A program made the position numbers and the translations under genes. Below are positions 31,318 to 41,720 of a DNA stretch of 50,062 nucleotides, in pieces. Numbering within the stretch: position 1 is the first letter of the stretch; every line of letters starts with the position of its first letter. Below the pieces are notes generated by a model. That model was not told where the DNA came from. It did no database searches and was given only the letters and a program-made list of their open reading frames with translations. The DNA lies in NCBI GenBank assembly GCA_019561615.1, contig JAHEQA010000017.1:23849-73910 (forward strand), written 5' to 3'. The stretch comes from Methanothermococcus sp. SCGC AD-155-E23. Lineage in GTDB: Archaea > AGJL01 > Methanococci > Methanococcales > Methanococcaceae.

Positions 31318-32410
31318 TTATTTATCTGCAATTAGTCTAAGTACCTCCCCAAACCTGGACTTTACCACCTTCCTCCTACCTAACACCTTTGCATGGGCAT
31401 CTAACTCAATAACACTGTAGTGGTATATCTCCTTTATTGGGTGGTACAACCTGGGACCGTCACTTATACCTACAGTTATACTGTCCCCACCTATCTCCTC
31501 AACAGGTACTGCATGGGGTACTCCAGAGACCACCACCAAATCCCCCCCCACCTCCCTCAGTATATCTATAACCCTCTCCCCAGTTATAGGGTACTCATCT
31601 AAACCTCCGGTGATATAGTCTATATCTATGTTTCTCACCTTGTACTCCCTAAGTATATTTCTGGCATCCTCCCTGATCTTTTTAAGACCTACATTTGGGT
31701 CTAAGTTGGCTATGTTTATCACCTCAATTCCCCTCTTTCTCATATACCTGTTAATCTCTATCAGGGGATGGGCAAAGAGGTATCCAGTCTCCTTCTTGGC
31801 GTTAAGTACACAGACTACCCTTGCACCCTCCTCTAAATTTTTAAAAACCTCTATAACCTCCTCCAGGTCGTCCTCGTAGGTAGGTTTTAGATATACATCC
31901 TTGGCCATCCCCCTCTTCCTCTCCACCTCTGTAGCCTTCTTAAGTATATATTTCTGCCTCTCAAACTCCTCTTCATCTATTAAACCTGCATGTAGGCAGG
32001 CCTCCATAGCCTTTATGGCCCCTAGGGTGTTATCCCCCATCCCACTGTGTACCTCCACAGGTACAAGTGTAACATCCTCCTGGGAGTACCTCCTAGAGGG
32101 TAGATGGAGATCCTCCCCAATTATCATACTGGGACAGGTGCCTACAATGCCCACAATATATCTCTTCTTTTTCCTCTCCCTCCTGAGGTAGTCTATAACG
32201 TATCTTACAGTGTTTTCCAGCTTCTCACTTCCACCGAATATGAAGTCCTTCTCATCCATTCCAGAATACCCTTACACCATCTAACTCCAAAAGCCTGGCA
32301 GTTCTAAAGGAACAGCCACTAGGGCCATGGAGTATTATGGCATCCACTCCCACATCCCTTAACTGATACATAGAGGCAGCTATAGGTGAAGGTCTAGGAT
32401 GTAGTATCAT
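31318..32410 (-). pseudogene. cfbD: Ni-sirohydrochlorin a,c-diamide reductive cyclase catalytic subunit (F430 synthesis), frameshifted near 32263 (probably a sequence error)
   Basis: Manual: [19 protein letters not shown]...[22 protein letters not shown] from 32410, then the track ORF with GTCPSMIIGEDL, GGLDEY, GVPH and ELDAH. Confidence 0.9.
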
Positions 32411-32423
32411 CGCTCTCCCCTTC

Positions 32424-33458
32424 TTAAGGTGCTAGGCCTCCAAACCATAGGCCCTCCCTCTCATCTAACCCCATCATTATATTCATATTCTGTACCCCCT
32501 GACCACTTGCCCCCTTTACAAGGTTGTCTATTGCAGAGATGAGAACTACCCTTCCCTCCCTATCTACCTCCAGGGTAATATCACAGAAGTTACTACCTCT
32601 AACTCCAGTTAGGGAGGGCATCTCCTCCTCAAGTATCCTTATAAAGGGTTCCCCCCTGTAGAATCTCTTATACAACCCCAGTAAGGTCTCCCTATCCATC
32701 TCCTCACAGAGGAATACATGGGCTGTTGTAAGTATCCCCCTTGTAACAGGTACCAGGTGAGGTGTGAAAAACACCTTTATATCCCTATCTGATAACTTCT
32801 TTAACTCCTTCTCTATCTCGGGAGTATGCCTGTGGGAGGTGACCTTGTAGGGTATAATATTCTCATTTACATTTGGGAAGTGGGTGGTGTCTGTAGGGGT
32901 TACTCCAGCTCCACTTACCCCGGTCTTGGCATCTATTACGATCCTCTCCTCAATCACACCCTCCTTAACTAGAGGTGCCAGGAGTAGGATAGCCCCTGTT
33001 GGGAAGCACCCAGGATTAGCCACTAATTTACTCCCCTTTATAGACTCCCTATGGAGCTCAGGTAGGCCATAGATTGCCTCAAGTTTTCCAGTATGTTTTT
33101 TACCGTACCATCTCTCGTAGACCTCTATATCCTCGAACCTGTAATCCCCACTTAGGTCGATAATTCTCACATCCTTCTCGTAGAGGACAGGTACTATCTC
33201 CATAGAGATCCCATGGGGTGTGGCACAGAAGACAACATCGGAGTCTATATCCTCAGGGGGAATGTTTTTAAAGGTTAAACCCTCCAGGGATTCCATACCC
33301 TTAAGATGTCTATGTACCTTTGTTACAGGTACCCCATCTAGACGCCTGGAGGTGATACACTCTATCTCCACCTCTGGATGGTTAGATAGGATCCTTAGAA
33401 GTTCCCCTCCTGTGTATCCAGATCCCCCAATAATAGATACTCCTATCACTTCAATCAC
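32424..33458 (-). CDS. argC: N-acetyl-gamma-glutamyl-phosphate reductase
   Basis: [25 protein letters not shown] and [10 protein letters not shown]. Confidence 0.96.
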   Translation of the reverse strand: MIEVIGVSIIGGSGYTGGELLRILSNHPEVEIECITSRRLDGVPVTKVHRHLKGMESLEGLTFKNIPPEDIDSDVVFCATPHGISMEIVPVLYEKDVRIIDLSGDYRFEDIEVYERWYGKKHTGKLEAIYGLPELHRESIKGSKLVANPGCFPTGAILLLAPLVKEGVIEERIVIDAKTGVSGAGVTPTDTTHFPNVNENIIPYKVTSHRHTPEIEKELKKLSDRDIKVFFTPHLVPVTRGILTTAHVFLCEEMDRETLLGLYKRFYRGEPFIRILEEEMPSLTGVRGSNFCDITLEVDREGRVVLISAIDNLVKGASGQGVQNMNIMMGLDEREGLWFGGLAP

Positions 33459-33514
33459 CTAAATTTTTTATTACAGTTGTCTTTATTATTTTTAAAGTTT
33501 TAATCTGGGAGAGT

Positions 33515-34318
33515 ATGAGGTACAGTAAGAAGTTGGGACAGTGTTTTCTAAGGGATAAGAATATAGTGAAGAAGGCTGTAGATGCCGCCCAGTTAAATGA
33601 GGAGGATAGGGTATTGGAGATAGGACTTGGGAAGGGTATACTTACAAGGGAGCTGGCGGAGAGGGCTAATAAGGTATATGTTATCGAGTTAGATAGGAGA
33701 TTGGAGCCTTTCGCAAGGGAGATAACCTCTAGATACGACAACGTGGAGGTTATTTGGGGGGATGCCCTTAAAGTGGACTTTAGCACCTTGGATTTCAACA
33801 AGGTTGTGGCAAATCTACCCTATCAGATATCCTCCCCTATAACCTTTAAACTTCTAAGGCATGGCTTCGACCTTGCAGTCCTCATGTACCAGTACGAGTT
33901 TGCAAAGAGGATGGTCGCCAAGAAGGGTACTGGGAGTTATGGAAGGTTAAGTGTAGCTATACAGTACTATGCAGATGTGGAGTTTATATGTAAGGTACCT
34001 CCTCAAGCCTTCTTCCCAAGACCTAAGGTATACTCTGCCATTGTGAAGATAGTAAAGAAGAGACCTGAGGATATGTTACCCCTGGAGGATCCTAAGTTCT
34101 TCGAGGATCTACTTAGGGCCCTCTTCCAACATAAGAATAAAACTGTAAAGAGGGCACTACTTGACTCAGCCCATGAGATAGGCCTAGAGGAAAAGGAGTT
34201 AAAGGAGGTATTGGAGGGTTTAGACTTCAACCTAAAGGAGCGGGTATTTAAATTAGGTGTTGAGGATATCGTCAATTTAAGTAATCTACTTTACAGGAGG
34301 ATTAAAAATAGGGTGTAA
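33515..34318 (+). CDS. rsmA: 16S rRNA adenine dimethyltransferase
   Basis: [23 protein letters not shown] and YGRLSV. Confidence 0.95.
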   Translation: MRYSKKLGQCFLRDKNIVKKAVDAAQLNEEDRVLEIGLGKGILTRELAERANKVYVIELDRRLEPFAREITSRYDNVEVIWGDALKVDFSTLDFNKVVANLPYQISSPITFKLLRHGFDLAVLMYQYEFAKRMVAKKGTGSYGRLSVAIQYYADVEFICKVPPQAFFPRPKVYSAIVKIVKKRPEDMLPLEDPKFFEDLLRALFQHKNKTVKRALLDSAHEIGLEEKELKEVLEGLDFNLKERVFKLGVEDIVNLSNLLYRRIKNRV

Positions 34319-34442
34319 TTTCCCCATAATTTGACAAAAGTTATTTGTATCAAGAGTTTTATATTAGGAAATGATCCCAGCTCTTTTCCCCTTAATCTTT
34401 CTTGAACTTTTTCTCCTTATAAAAATTTTAAAGTGATCTTTT

Positions 34443-35117
34443 ATGGTAGTTATCTTTGGATTGTTTGGAAAGACTGGTTGTGGAAAAACTGAGATACTCC
34501 AGAGACTGAAGAAAAATCATCCTGTAATTGATATTGAAGGTATTGCAAGAACTAGGGGTAGTATCCTGGGGGATCTCTATCATTTAAACATGGCAAGTCA
34601 GGAGGAGTTTGACAGGGAGATTGAGGAAAAACTTAGGGAGGCTCAGGAGGCAGGGTACCTCATTGTGGAGTACGAGGGCAGGAAAATAGGGGGTATAAGG
34701 AAGTTGAAGATACCTGAGTTACTGGCAGATATTAAAAATTACACCTACAAGATACTTATAGAGTGTCCCCACAGGCGGCAGATAGAGACCCTTGTATCCT
34801 GGTATAAACCTAGGAAGGAAGAGGAGAAGAAACTTCTCCTTGAGAGGATCCTCCTGTTGAGGAGGAGCTTCAAAAACCCAGAGATTATAAAGAAGATAGA
34901 TGAGATAGTGGAGAAGATAGAGGAGGATAGATACTACGAGGCTGCGGAGTTAATTGAGAGGGAGTTGTACAGGACCCACTATCTAAGGAATATCAAGAAG
35001 ATAGTGCCAGATCTAGTGGTTTACAACAGGGATGTAGAGGAAAGTGTAAAGAAGATTGAGGAGTTTATCCAGGAGAAGTTGAAACTTCATGGGATAACAT
35101 GGAGGAGGAAATCCTAG
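34443..35117 (+). CDS. tRNA 2-selenouridine synthase, P-loop subunit (split SelU/YbbB)
   Basis: [23 protein letters not shown] and EYEGRKIG. Confidence 0.85.
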   Translation: MVVIFGLFGKTGCGKTEILQRLKKNHPVIDIEGIARTRGSILGDLYHLNMASQEEFDREIEEKLREAQEAGYLIVEYEGRKIGGIRKLKIPELLADIKNYTYKILIECPHRRQIETLVSWYKPRKEEEKKLLLERILLLRRSFKNPEIIKKIDEIVEKIEEDRYYEAAELIERELYRTHYLRNIKKIVPDLVVYNRDVEESVKKIEEFIQEKLKLHGITWRRKS

Positions 35118-35761
35118 CTAGGCTAATAACCTTTAGGAGGGATGTGGTTCTTGCCATTGTACTGAACACTGGGAAAAAGATGATTACAGATGGTAGTAAG
35201 ATACTTGCTGGGAAGTTAAGTGGGGATCTTGCATCCTTTATACTGAGATCCTCTAAGGAGTTCCTTGAAGGTAGAGATTTCGGTGTAAAGAGCTTTGGGG
35301 ACTACAACATCTACTTCGAGAGGATAGATATAAAGAGGTACTTGAAGGCCATAGGTGGTGAACTGGTGGAGGATGTTATTACCCTGGATGAGTTCATGAA
35401 GATGGACAAGGATAATGTGATAGTTGTAGATGTGAGAAGTCCAAGGGAGTATAAAAGAGGTACCATACCCAGGGCCATAAACATACCTCTCTTCCTGGAC
35501 GAGGAGCATGAGCTTATAGGAAAGACCTATAAAAAAGAGGGAAGGGAGAAGGCCATAGATCTTGCACTTAACATCCTCGAGAAAAATCTTAAGAGGATAA
35601 TAGAGGAGATAAAAAAGCTAGATAGGGATAAAACAGTTGTGGTCTTCTGTGCGAGAGGTGGGTTGAGAAGTCAGATCATGGCTACAATACTTAGGTTGGC
35701 TGGGTTTAAGGTGAGGAGGCTTGTTGGGGGGTTCAAGGGATATAAGTTGGATTCCTCTTAA
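35099..35761 (+). CDS. tRNA 2-selenouridine synthase, rhodanese subunit
   Basis: [17 protein letters not shown] and GGFKGY; overlaps the P-loop subunit gene. Confidence 0.85.
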   Translation: MEEEILARLITFRRDVVLAIVLNTGKKMITDGSKILAGKLSGDLASFILRSSKEFLEGRDFGVKSFGDYNIYFERIDIKRYLKAIGGELVEDVITLDEFMKMDKDNVIVVDVRSPREYKRGTIPRAINIPLFLDEEHELIGKTYKKEGREKAIDLALNILEKNLKRIIEEIKKLDRDKTVVVFCARGGLRSQIMATILRLAGFKVRRLVGGFKGYKLDSS

Positions 35762-35762
35762 A

Positions 35763-35864
35763 TTACTTGTTTCTCCTCTCCCTTTTCTTCCTTCTCAGTC
35801 TCTTCTTGTAGTGTCTCCATCTCATTCTACCCTTCTTTTTCCATCTTCTTGAACTTCTCTTTAT
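35763..35864 (-). CDS. rpl41e: ribosomal protein L41e (eS32), long archaeal form, probable ATA start (not in the ORF track)
   Basis: (I/M)KRSSRRWKKKGRMRWRHYKKRLRRKKRERRNK*, downstream of rps17e-dapA-gatC. Confidence 0.85.
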   Translation of the reverse strand: MKRSSRRWKKKGRMRWRHYKKRLRRKKRERRNK

Positions 35865-35926
35865 GCTATCACGCTCCTCTATTTTTTTAATTTCCCCTGA
35901 AGTATGAGACTGTGGGGATAAAAATT

Positions 35927-36163
35927 TTACTCCCATCTGCTCTTTTCAACTACGATGTAACCATCCCTGGTCTTTGGCGCTATCTTGAGCACCTCCTCCC
36001 TAAAGGATGGATCTACTGAGGGTTCCTCATCCTCCCTCAGGACGTTTTTAATCTCAAGTATGTAGTACTCCTCCGCCTCCTCGAAGGTGTATTTCTCCAG
36101 GATCTGGGAAAACCTCTTTACAATCTCCTCAGCCTCCCTCTCTACCTTTTCCCTGTCTACCAT
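35927..36163 (-). CDS. gatC: Asp/Glu-tRNA amidotransferase subunit C
   Basis: 78 aa; NVLREDE...APKTRDGYIVV. Confidence 0.8.
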   Translation of the reverse strand: MVDREKVEREAEEIVKRFSQILEKYTFEEAEEYYILEIKNVLREDEEPSVDPSFREEVLKIAPKTRDGYIVVEKSRWE

Positions 36164-36172
36164 CCTATCACT

Positions 36173-37048
36173 TTATCTATCTTTTAAGAGTCCCATATCC
36201 TCTAAGGCCTTTTTCAACTTTAGCCTGTTCTCCTGGGACATCTCACAAAGGGGAAGTCGCAACTCACCTGCAGGCATACCTAGCATATTCATGGCAGTTT
36301 TTATAGGTATGGGGTTGGTCTCCAGGGTCATAAGTTTCATAAGTCTGTAGAGTTTGTAGTGTATCTCCCTGGCCTTAAAGAAGTCACCCTCTAGGGCGTA
36401 GTTAACCATCTCAACAAACTCTCTAGGTAGGATATTGGAGAGGACACTTATTACCCCCTTCCCTCCCAGGGCCATTATTGGAAGGGTTAACTCGTCGTTC
36501 CCAGAGAGTACGTCTATATCACAGCTACTTATAATCTCAGATACACGGGAGAGATCAGGATTTGCCTCCTTTATAGCTACAATGTTGCTACACTCCTCGT
36601 AGAGGAACTTTACAGTTTCAGGTGCAATGTCCACACCTGTCCTAGAGGGTATGTTGTAGAGGACTATAGGGAGATCTACACTTTCTGCAACCTTTAAGAA
36701 ATGTCTCTTTAGCCCCTCCTGGGTAGGTCTGTTGTAATAGGGGGCTACAAGAAGTAGGGCATCTGCCCCAACATCCCTGGCAGATCTGGAGAGCTCTATA
36801 GCCTCCCTTGTGGAGTTTGAACCTGTACCGGCAATAACCTCTACCCTTCCATCTACAAATTCAACGGTCTTTTCAACAACCTTGATATGTTCCTCGTAGG
36901 AGAGGGTTGGAGACTCACCTGTGGTACCCACTGTTACAATACCACTGACACCATTTTCTATTAAAAAGTCTATGTTCCTCTTTAACCCCTGGTAATCTAC
37001 GGCGTTATTTTTAAACGGGGTTACTATCGCAGGAAATACCCCCTCCAT
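36173..37048 (-). CDS. dapA: 4-hydroxy-tetrahydrodipicolinate synthase
   Basis: GTTGESPTL, YNIPSRTG, IKEA and ETNPIPIK. Confidence 0.96.
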   Translation of the reverse strand: MEGVFPAIVTPFKNNAVDYQGLKRNIDFLIENGVSGIVTVGTTGESPTLSYEEHIKVVEKTVEFVDGRVEVIAGTGSNSTREAIELSRSARDVGADALLLVAPYYNRPTQEGLKRHFLKVAESVDLPIVLYNIPSRTGVDIAPETVKFLYEECSNIVAIKEANPDLSRVSEIISSCDIDVLSGNDELTLPIMALGGKGVISVLSNILPREFVEMVNYALEGDFFKAREIHYKLYRLMKLMTLETNPIPIKTAMNMLGMPAGELRLPLCEMSQENRLKLKKALEDMGLLKDR

Positions 37049-37070
37049 AAAAAATCATCTCCAGGGTCTA

Positions 37071-37262
37071 TTATTTTTTCAACTTTTTTATCTTGGAGGT
37101 GATATACCCTGCAATCCTGTTTCTCAACCTCTTAGTGGATATGAGGGCTACCTCCTCGACGATCTTTTTATTTGTATCGAAGTCTGTTGTAAACCTATCT
37201 CCAAACTTCTCTATAAGCTCGTTACCAGCCCTCTTTATAAAGGCCTGTCTAACTCTCCCCAA
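37071..37262 (-). CDS. rps17e: 30S ribosomal protein S17e
   Basis: GRVRQAFIKR...RLRNRIAGYIT; TTG start at 37262 after GGTGAT. Confidence 0.95.
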   Translation of the reverse strand: MGRVRQAFIKRAGNELIEKFGDRFTTDFDTNKKIVEEVALISTKRLRNRIAGYITSKIKKLKK

Positions 37263-37336
37263 TCTATCACCTACCCCTATTTTTCCAGAATGGGACAAAT
37301 TAGTTATAGCCTTATTATTTAAATATTTTTTTGTTG

Positions 37337-37957
37337 TCAGATCAACTCCAGGAAGTTCTCTATCAACTTTAAACCTATTTTACTACTTTTCTCTGGGTGG
37401 AACTGGGTTCCATATATGTTATCCCTCTGGATAACACAGGGAAACCTATAACCGTACTCAGAAACACCTACTACAACACTGTCATCCAGGGGTTTTACAT
37501 GGTAGGAGTGTACAAAGTAGAAGTACTGCTTGTTCCCAACACCCTCAAATAGAGGAGTATCCCTTAACAACTCTACGTTATTCCAACCCATATGGGGTAT
37601 CTTATCCACACCTCTAAATCTTATAACCTTACCCTCTACTACACCTAAACCCTCTAGGTCTCCTCCCTCCTCACTACTCTCCATAAGTAGATGCATACCT
37701 AGACATATACCTAGGAAGGGTACCTTATTCTCAATACTTTCAAGTAGGGCCTCCCTCAGTGAGATCCCATAGTATCTTCTAGATAGATTTACTACGGCAC
37801 TTTTGAAGTTTCCAACACCTGGGAATACAATCTTATCTCCACTTAGTATCTCCTCAGGATCCCTGGAGATTTTAACATTCTCCCTTCCAGCGTATATCTC
37901 AAGAGCCTTTACAATGCTTCTTAGATTACCTGCGTTGTAATCCACTACCACTATCAC
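37337..37957 (-). CDS. hisH: imidazole glycerol phosphate synthase glutaminase subunit
   Basis: PGVGNF, GICLG, PHMGWN, YFVHSY and QFHPEKS. Confidence 0.96.
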   Translation of the reverse strand: MIVVVDYNAGNLRSIVKALEIYAGRENVKISRDPEEILSGDKIVFPGVGNFKSAVVNLSRRYYGISLREALLESIENKVPFLGICLGMHLLMESSEEGGDLEGLGVVEGKVIRFRGVDKIPHMGWNNVELLRDTPLFEGVGNKQYFYFVHSYHVKPLDDSVVVGVSEYGYRFPCVIQRDNIYGTQFHPEKSSKIGLKLIENFLELI

Positions 37958-38498
37958 ATCTAATCTCTTCTATCTCCTTTAACATCTTCAGGACATTCTC
38001 TAGGGCTCTGTAGGCGTCCTCCTCCCTCTTCAAACCTGTAATGACGATCTTCCCACTTCCAAATATAAGTACTACAACCTTGGGATCCTTCATCCTGTAG
38101 ACTAGACCTGGAAATTGCTCAGGTTCATACTCAGCTCCATCTAGGGTGGATATCTTGTCCAAGTTAGGTTCAATACCTAACTCAGCTGTGGCAACCATAT
38201 TCTGTACCTTAATCTCTGGATTCTCATCAATGTCGAAACCTGCCTCCTTCAACTGTTTTATAACCTTTTTTATAGCAACCTCAGCCTCCTCCTTACTTTT
38301 AGCCCCTGTACAGTTTAACTTCCCACTTCTGAATATCAACAGTGCTACCCTAGGTTCCTTTAACCTACATACTAGACCTGGAAATTGCTCAGGTTCATAC
38401 TCAGCATTCTCTAGCACATCTGCAACACGTTCCAGGTCTATGTCATCCCCTATCTTGGTGGACACTACAACGTTTACAATGTTTATCTTAGGTTTCAC
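37926..38498 (-). CDS. tbp: TATA-box binding protein
   Basis: Two YEPEQFPGLV repeats and IFxSGK motifs. Confidence 0.97.
   Translation of the reverse strand: MKPKINIVNVVVSTKIGDDIDLERVADVLENAEYEPEQFPGLVCRLKEPRVALLIFRSGKLNCTGAKSKEEAEVAIKKVIKQLKEAGFDIDENPEIKVQNMVATAELGIEPNLDKISTLDGAEYEPEQFPGLVYRMKDPKVVVLIFGSGKIVITGLKREEDAYRALENVLKMLKEIEEIRCDSGSGLQRR
38101..38405. repeat. 35-bp perfect direct repeat in tbp (38101-38135 = 38371-38405)
   Basis: ACTAGACCTGGAAATTGCTCAGGTTCATACTCAGC occurs twice, 270 bp apart. Confidence 0.95.
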
Positions 38499-38524
38499 AA
38501 TTCCACCTGAGACAAAATTTTTAG

Positions 38525-38538
38525 TATATATATAAAAA
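38525..38538 (-). promoter_or_regulatory. TATA box of tbp
   Basis: Minus strand TTTTTATATATATA about 30 nt upstream of the start. Confidence 0.55.
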
Positions 38539-38614
38539 GAGCACGATATATTTATATTATTTTTTGTGGTATATTTGGATATATGGATATAACAGGTGAT
38601 AAAAAATAGAGGTT

Positions 38615-38932
38615 TTACATGAAGAGGGCTCCAAGCCCTGCAGCTGCTGCCATTGCAGCGTCCTCCTTCTTCTCCTCTTCCTTCTTCTTCTCCTCTTTCT
38701 TCTCTTCCTTCTTCTCTTCAGCCTCAGGTGCTGGAGCAGGTGCAGCAACAGGTGCTACAGTAGCCTTCTCAAGTACTTCGTCGATGTCTATACCCTCCAA
38801 CGCTGTTACTAGGGCCTTGACCCTTGCTTCATCTACCTCTACTCCTGCTGCAGAGAGTATGGACTTTATACCATCCTCTGTGATCTCCTTACCTACTGAG
38901 TGAAGTATCAGGGCAGCGTATATGTATTCCAT
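38615..38932 (-). CDS. rpl12: 50S ribosomal stalk protein P1 (L12p)
   Basis: [10 protein letters not shown], Ala/Pro hinge, acidic tail and GLGALF. Confidence 0.97.
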   Translation of the reverse strand: MEYIYAALILHSVGKEITEDGIKSILSAAGVEVDEARVKALVTALEGIDIDEVLEKATVAPVAAPAPAPEAEEKKEEKKEEKKKEEEKKEDAAMAAAAGLGALFM

Positions 38933-38996
38933 CTTTATACACCTCCAAAGATTTGTTCTCTATTTACACCAGTTTTTTTCTATATAATGTTTTCTA

Positions 38997-40013
38997 TTAG
39001 AAGAGTAGGCCTAAACCTACTGCAGCTGGCATTTCTTCATCCTTCTTCTCCTCTTCCTTTTTCTCCTCCTCTTTCTTCTCCTCTTCTACCTTCTGGGTAG
39101 TTGAGGTTGAGGAGATTAACTCCTTTAACTCCTCATCTAGGGCATCTTCACTAAGTACTGATGCAAGGGCGAGCATATGGGAGTAGGCCCTGGCAAGTAT
39201 ATCTCCAATGGTCTCCTTTGTTGGGTATGCACTTTCGATGGACAGGGTTCTAGCGTTGTTAAAGGCCCTCTGGAGTATGGTTCCAATGGTCTCTGGGGTT
39301 GGAATAACTGCCTCAACTGAGAGGGTAAAGGCATTCATATAGGCCTTCTGGATATCCTCGATGATCTTCTCCTCATCAATCTTCAGTACATCAGGTGTGT
39401 ATATAACCCCATCCTCATAGGCTGCCAGGAGGTCTATACCTACCTTAACTGGCTTTACACCTAGGGTGGCTAGAACCACTGCAACTTTATGGGGTACTAC
39501 CTCTCCAGCCTTAACTACTACTGTATCCTCCTTTATTACTATCTTACCCTTTTCAATAGCTGCTGGTATTCCCACACTTTTCAACTCCCCCAGGAACGGC
39601 CCTGGAGGCATCCCTGTAGAACCCTTCTCTACAACTATATCACAGGGGGCGATAGCACCTCCCCTTATAGGTGCAGGGGTCTTACTCTCCTCCAGGGTCT
39701 TGTAGAGTTTAAAGGGGTTCATATCTGTAACTATGATGGCAGCCCCCCTCTCTATATAGTCAGCCAGCTTGGCAAACTCTGGATTGTTGGTCTCCTTTGC
39801 AACCTCCTTAATAGCCCTCTCTATAAGGGTGTTCCTGGACATCCTAAGTATCATCTTCCCTCTTATCTTGTCCCTGATCTCCTGGAGTTGCCTGGCAGGT
39901 ACATCCATAAGATCTGCCAGGGCCACAACCTTACCCTCTTTAAGTAATTTTTTTAACCTGTTTACCTCCTCTATCTTCCAAGGGGCAACATGTTTAGCTC
40001 CCACTGCAGACAT
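38997..40013 (-). CDS. rpl10: 50S ribosomal protein uL10 (P0)
   Basis: [18 protein letters not shown], acidic tail and GLGLLF. Confidence 0.97.
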   Translation of the reverse strand: MSAVGAKHVAPWKIEEVNRLKKLLKEGKVVALADLMDVPARQLQEIRDKIRGKMILRMSRNTLIERAIKEVAKETNNPEFAKLADYIERGAAIIVTDMNPFKLYKTLEESKTPAPIRGGAIAPCDIVVEKGSTGMPPGPFLGELKSVGIPAAIEKGKIVIKEDTVVVKAGEVVPHKVAVVLATLGVKPVKVGIDLLAAYEDGVIYTPDVLKIDEEKIIEDIQKAYMNAFTLSVEAVIPTPETIGTILQRAFNNARTLSIESAYPTKETIGDILARAYSHMLALASVLSEDALDEELKELISSTSTTQKVEEEKKEEEKKEEEKKDEEMPAAVGLGLLF

Positions 40014-40023
40014 TTCTATCCCC

Positions 40024-40665
40024 CTATTTTTCTATTGGGACCGCCGGCCCCATGGTTAATTTAACGTAGGCACTTTTAACGTGATAGAGCCCCTTCTCGT
40101 ACTTCTTAGGTAGTACACTTAAAACCGCCTCTATGTTATCGGCTAACTCCTCATCACTCATCTTTTCATTACCTACCAGGGTCTTGAAGAAGGGCTTATC
40201 CCTGGTGTTTATAACTACAGTCTTTTTAAGTTTCTCTACCAGGGGCTTTAAATTGGCAGTTGGTGGTACAGGTTGAGGCATCTTCCCCCTTGGTCCCAGG
40301 ATAGGACCTAGTAACCTACCTACAAGGGGCATCATATCTGCCTGGGCTATGAAGAAGTCGTGCTCATTGGCTATCTTCTTTGCAAGTTTTTTATCCCTTC
40401 CCAGCCTCTCTAAATCCTCCTCTCTTATTACTGTGAGGCCCAGCTCCTCGGCCTGTGCAGCTAGGTCACCCTTGGCTATAACTGCTATCTTTGCCTCCTT
40501 ACCTCTTCCATGGGGTAGTACAACCTGTTCCTTCAACCTGTTCTCTGGCTTTGTAAGGTCCAACTCCTTCAAATTTACTATTAGCTCTACAGACTGTGTG
40601 AAGTTACGTGGCTTGGCACGGGCACGGGCCTCCTTCACTGCCTTCAATATCTTTTCTCTGTCCAT
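40024..40665 (-). CDS. rpl1: 50S ribosomal protein uL1
   Basis: [21 protein letters not shown] and KLTMGP. Confidence 0.97.
   Translation of the reverse strand: MDREKILKAVKEARARAKPRNFTQSVELIVNLKELDLTKPENRLKEQVVLPHGRGKEAKIAVIAKGDLAAQAEELGLTVIREEDLERLGRDKKLAKKIANEHDFFIAQADMMPLVGRLLGPILGPRGKMPQPVPPTANLKPLVEKLKKTVVINTRDKPFFKTLVGNEKMSDEELADNIEAVLSVLPKKYEKGLYHVKSAYVKLTMGPAVPIEK
40598..40638 (-). promoter_or_regulatory. L1 autoregulatory mRNA site inside rpl1
   Basis: mRNA GUGAAG-GA-GGC...GCC-ACGUAA-CUUCAC forms two helices around an asymmetric loop, about 28 nt after the AUG, where the Methanococcus L1 operator is known to lie. Confidence 0.7.
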
Positions 40666-40780
40666 ATTATAGCCTCCTCCTCTAGATAACTACTTTTAAA
40701 ATAGTAGGTATAAAAAAATGAAGTGTTTAAAAATACTTTAAAAGGATAAAATTAAAGCAAACCTACTATTTGCCAACTAT

Positions 40781-40788
40781 TATATAAA
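40781..40788 (-). promoter_or_regulatory. TATA box of the L1-L10-L12 operon
   Basis: Minus strand TTTATATA; GGAGGAGG SD before rpl1. Confidence 0.55.
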
Positions 40789-40795
40789 GATTACG

Positions 40796-41209
40796 CTAAT
40801 CATGGAGGTAGAGCACCTCGCCCCTGTAGTTGATCAACTTTAAACCCTCCACTGGAAACTCACCTGAGAGGGGTCTTACTATCAGGGGTACCCTGTATTC
40901 CCTGGAGAGTCTTAGAAGTTGATACTGGAGATCCCTTGGAGGTCTTATGGAGTAAAGGAGATCGGCGTACCTGTATATTTTTAACCTGGGGTTGAAGATA
41001 TCATCTAACTGTCCCTTGAGACCCTCCCTCCTCGCCCTCTCTACAACATCCCTCTTAACATCTATAACTGTAACATCTAGGCCATGGTCTCTGAGGGTCT
41101 TTGCCACCTTGAGGTAGTGTCCTACCCCCACCTCCACCACATGGGTATTTTCAAGATGGCCCTTTCTATCTTTGATGTACTCCAGGATGTATTTGGAGAT
41201 GTGTTCCAT
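40796..41209 (-). CDS. UPF0146 family protein
   Basis: VEVGVG, DDIFNP and LYSIRPP. Confidence 0.8.
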   Translation of the reverse strand: MEHISKYILEYIKDRKGHLENTHVVEVGVGHYLKVAKTLRDHGLDVTVIDVKRDVVERARREGLKGQLDDIFNPRLKIYRYADLLYSIRPPRDLQYQLLRLSREYRVPLIVRPLSGEFPVEGLKLINYRGEVLYLHD

Positions 41210-41210
41210 A

Positions 41211-41720
41211 CTACTCTACCTCAAAATCTATAGCACCACAGGGACAGAGATATCCACAGTAACCACAGAGGGTGCACCTCTCCATGTCAAATTTAATTCC
41301 CTCCTCCTCCACATAAATAGCTCCAAAGGGACAGTTCTTCTTACATACCAGGCACATTATACATCTCTTCCTGTTATACAGGAGTTTTTTATTTCTCCTC
41401 ACCCTGTATACAATAAGGTAGTTCTTTACAACCTTCCCAAGGAGGTGGATGATCTCCACTGCATGGAGGGGGCAGGCCTCCACACACTGACCACAGTAGA
41501 CACATCTGTCAACGTCTATCTCTGGATAGGGGGTGGTAGAGTCAATAACCCCCAAGGGACAGGCCTCCACACATAGTCCACAGGATACACATCTCTCAGG
41601 ATCTATCACTATACTCTTTCTTACCACTTTATCCTCTAAACTTACCTCTACAGAGTCCCCCTCAAAGTACTTATTAATAATATCCTTCAGGGGTAGCATC
41701 TCAAAGGGCATTGGAATCAT
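41211..41720 (-). CDS. Eha-associated polyferredoxin (4 CxxCxxCxxxCP motifs)
   Basis: Four ferredoxin motifs; overlaps ehaP. Confidence 0.85.
   Translation of the reverse strand: MIPMPFEMLPLKDIINKYFEGDSVEVSLEDKVVRKSIVIDPERCVSCGLCVEACPLGVIDSTTPYPEIDVDRCVYCGQCVEACPLHAVEIIHLLGKVVKNYLIVYRVRRNKKLLYNRKRCIMCLVCKKNCPFGAIYVEEEGIKFDMERCTLCGYCGYLCPCGAIDFEVE

Noticed and set aside
32250-32270. TGA ending the cfbD 5' fragment (and phi at 456) as possible selenocysteine
   Set aside because: Homology continues in a different frame, so these are frameshifts rather than readthrough; no SECIS-like hairpin was seen.
38557-38748. 63-aa Arg/Lys-rich ORF resembling a protamine or ribosomal peptide
   Set aside because: Alternative frame of the GAA/AAG-rich acidic tail of rpl12.
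38660-39090. Purine-rich low-complexity repeats
   Set aside because: They encode the normal EEKKEE tails of stalk proteins P1 and P0.
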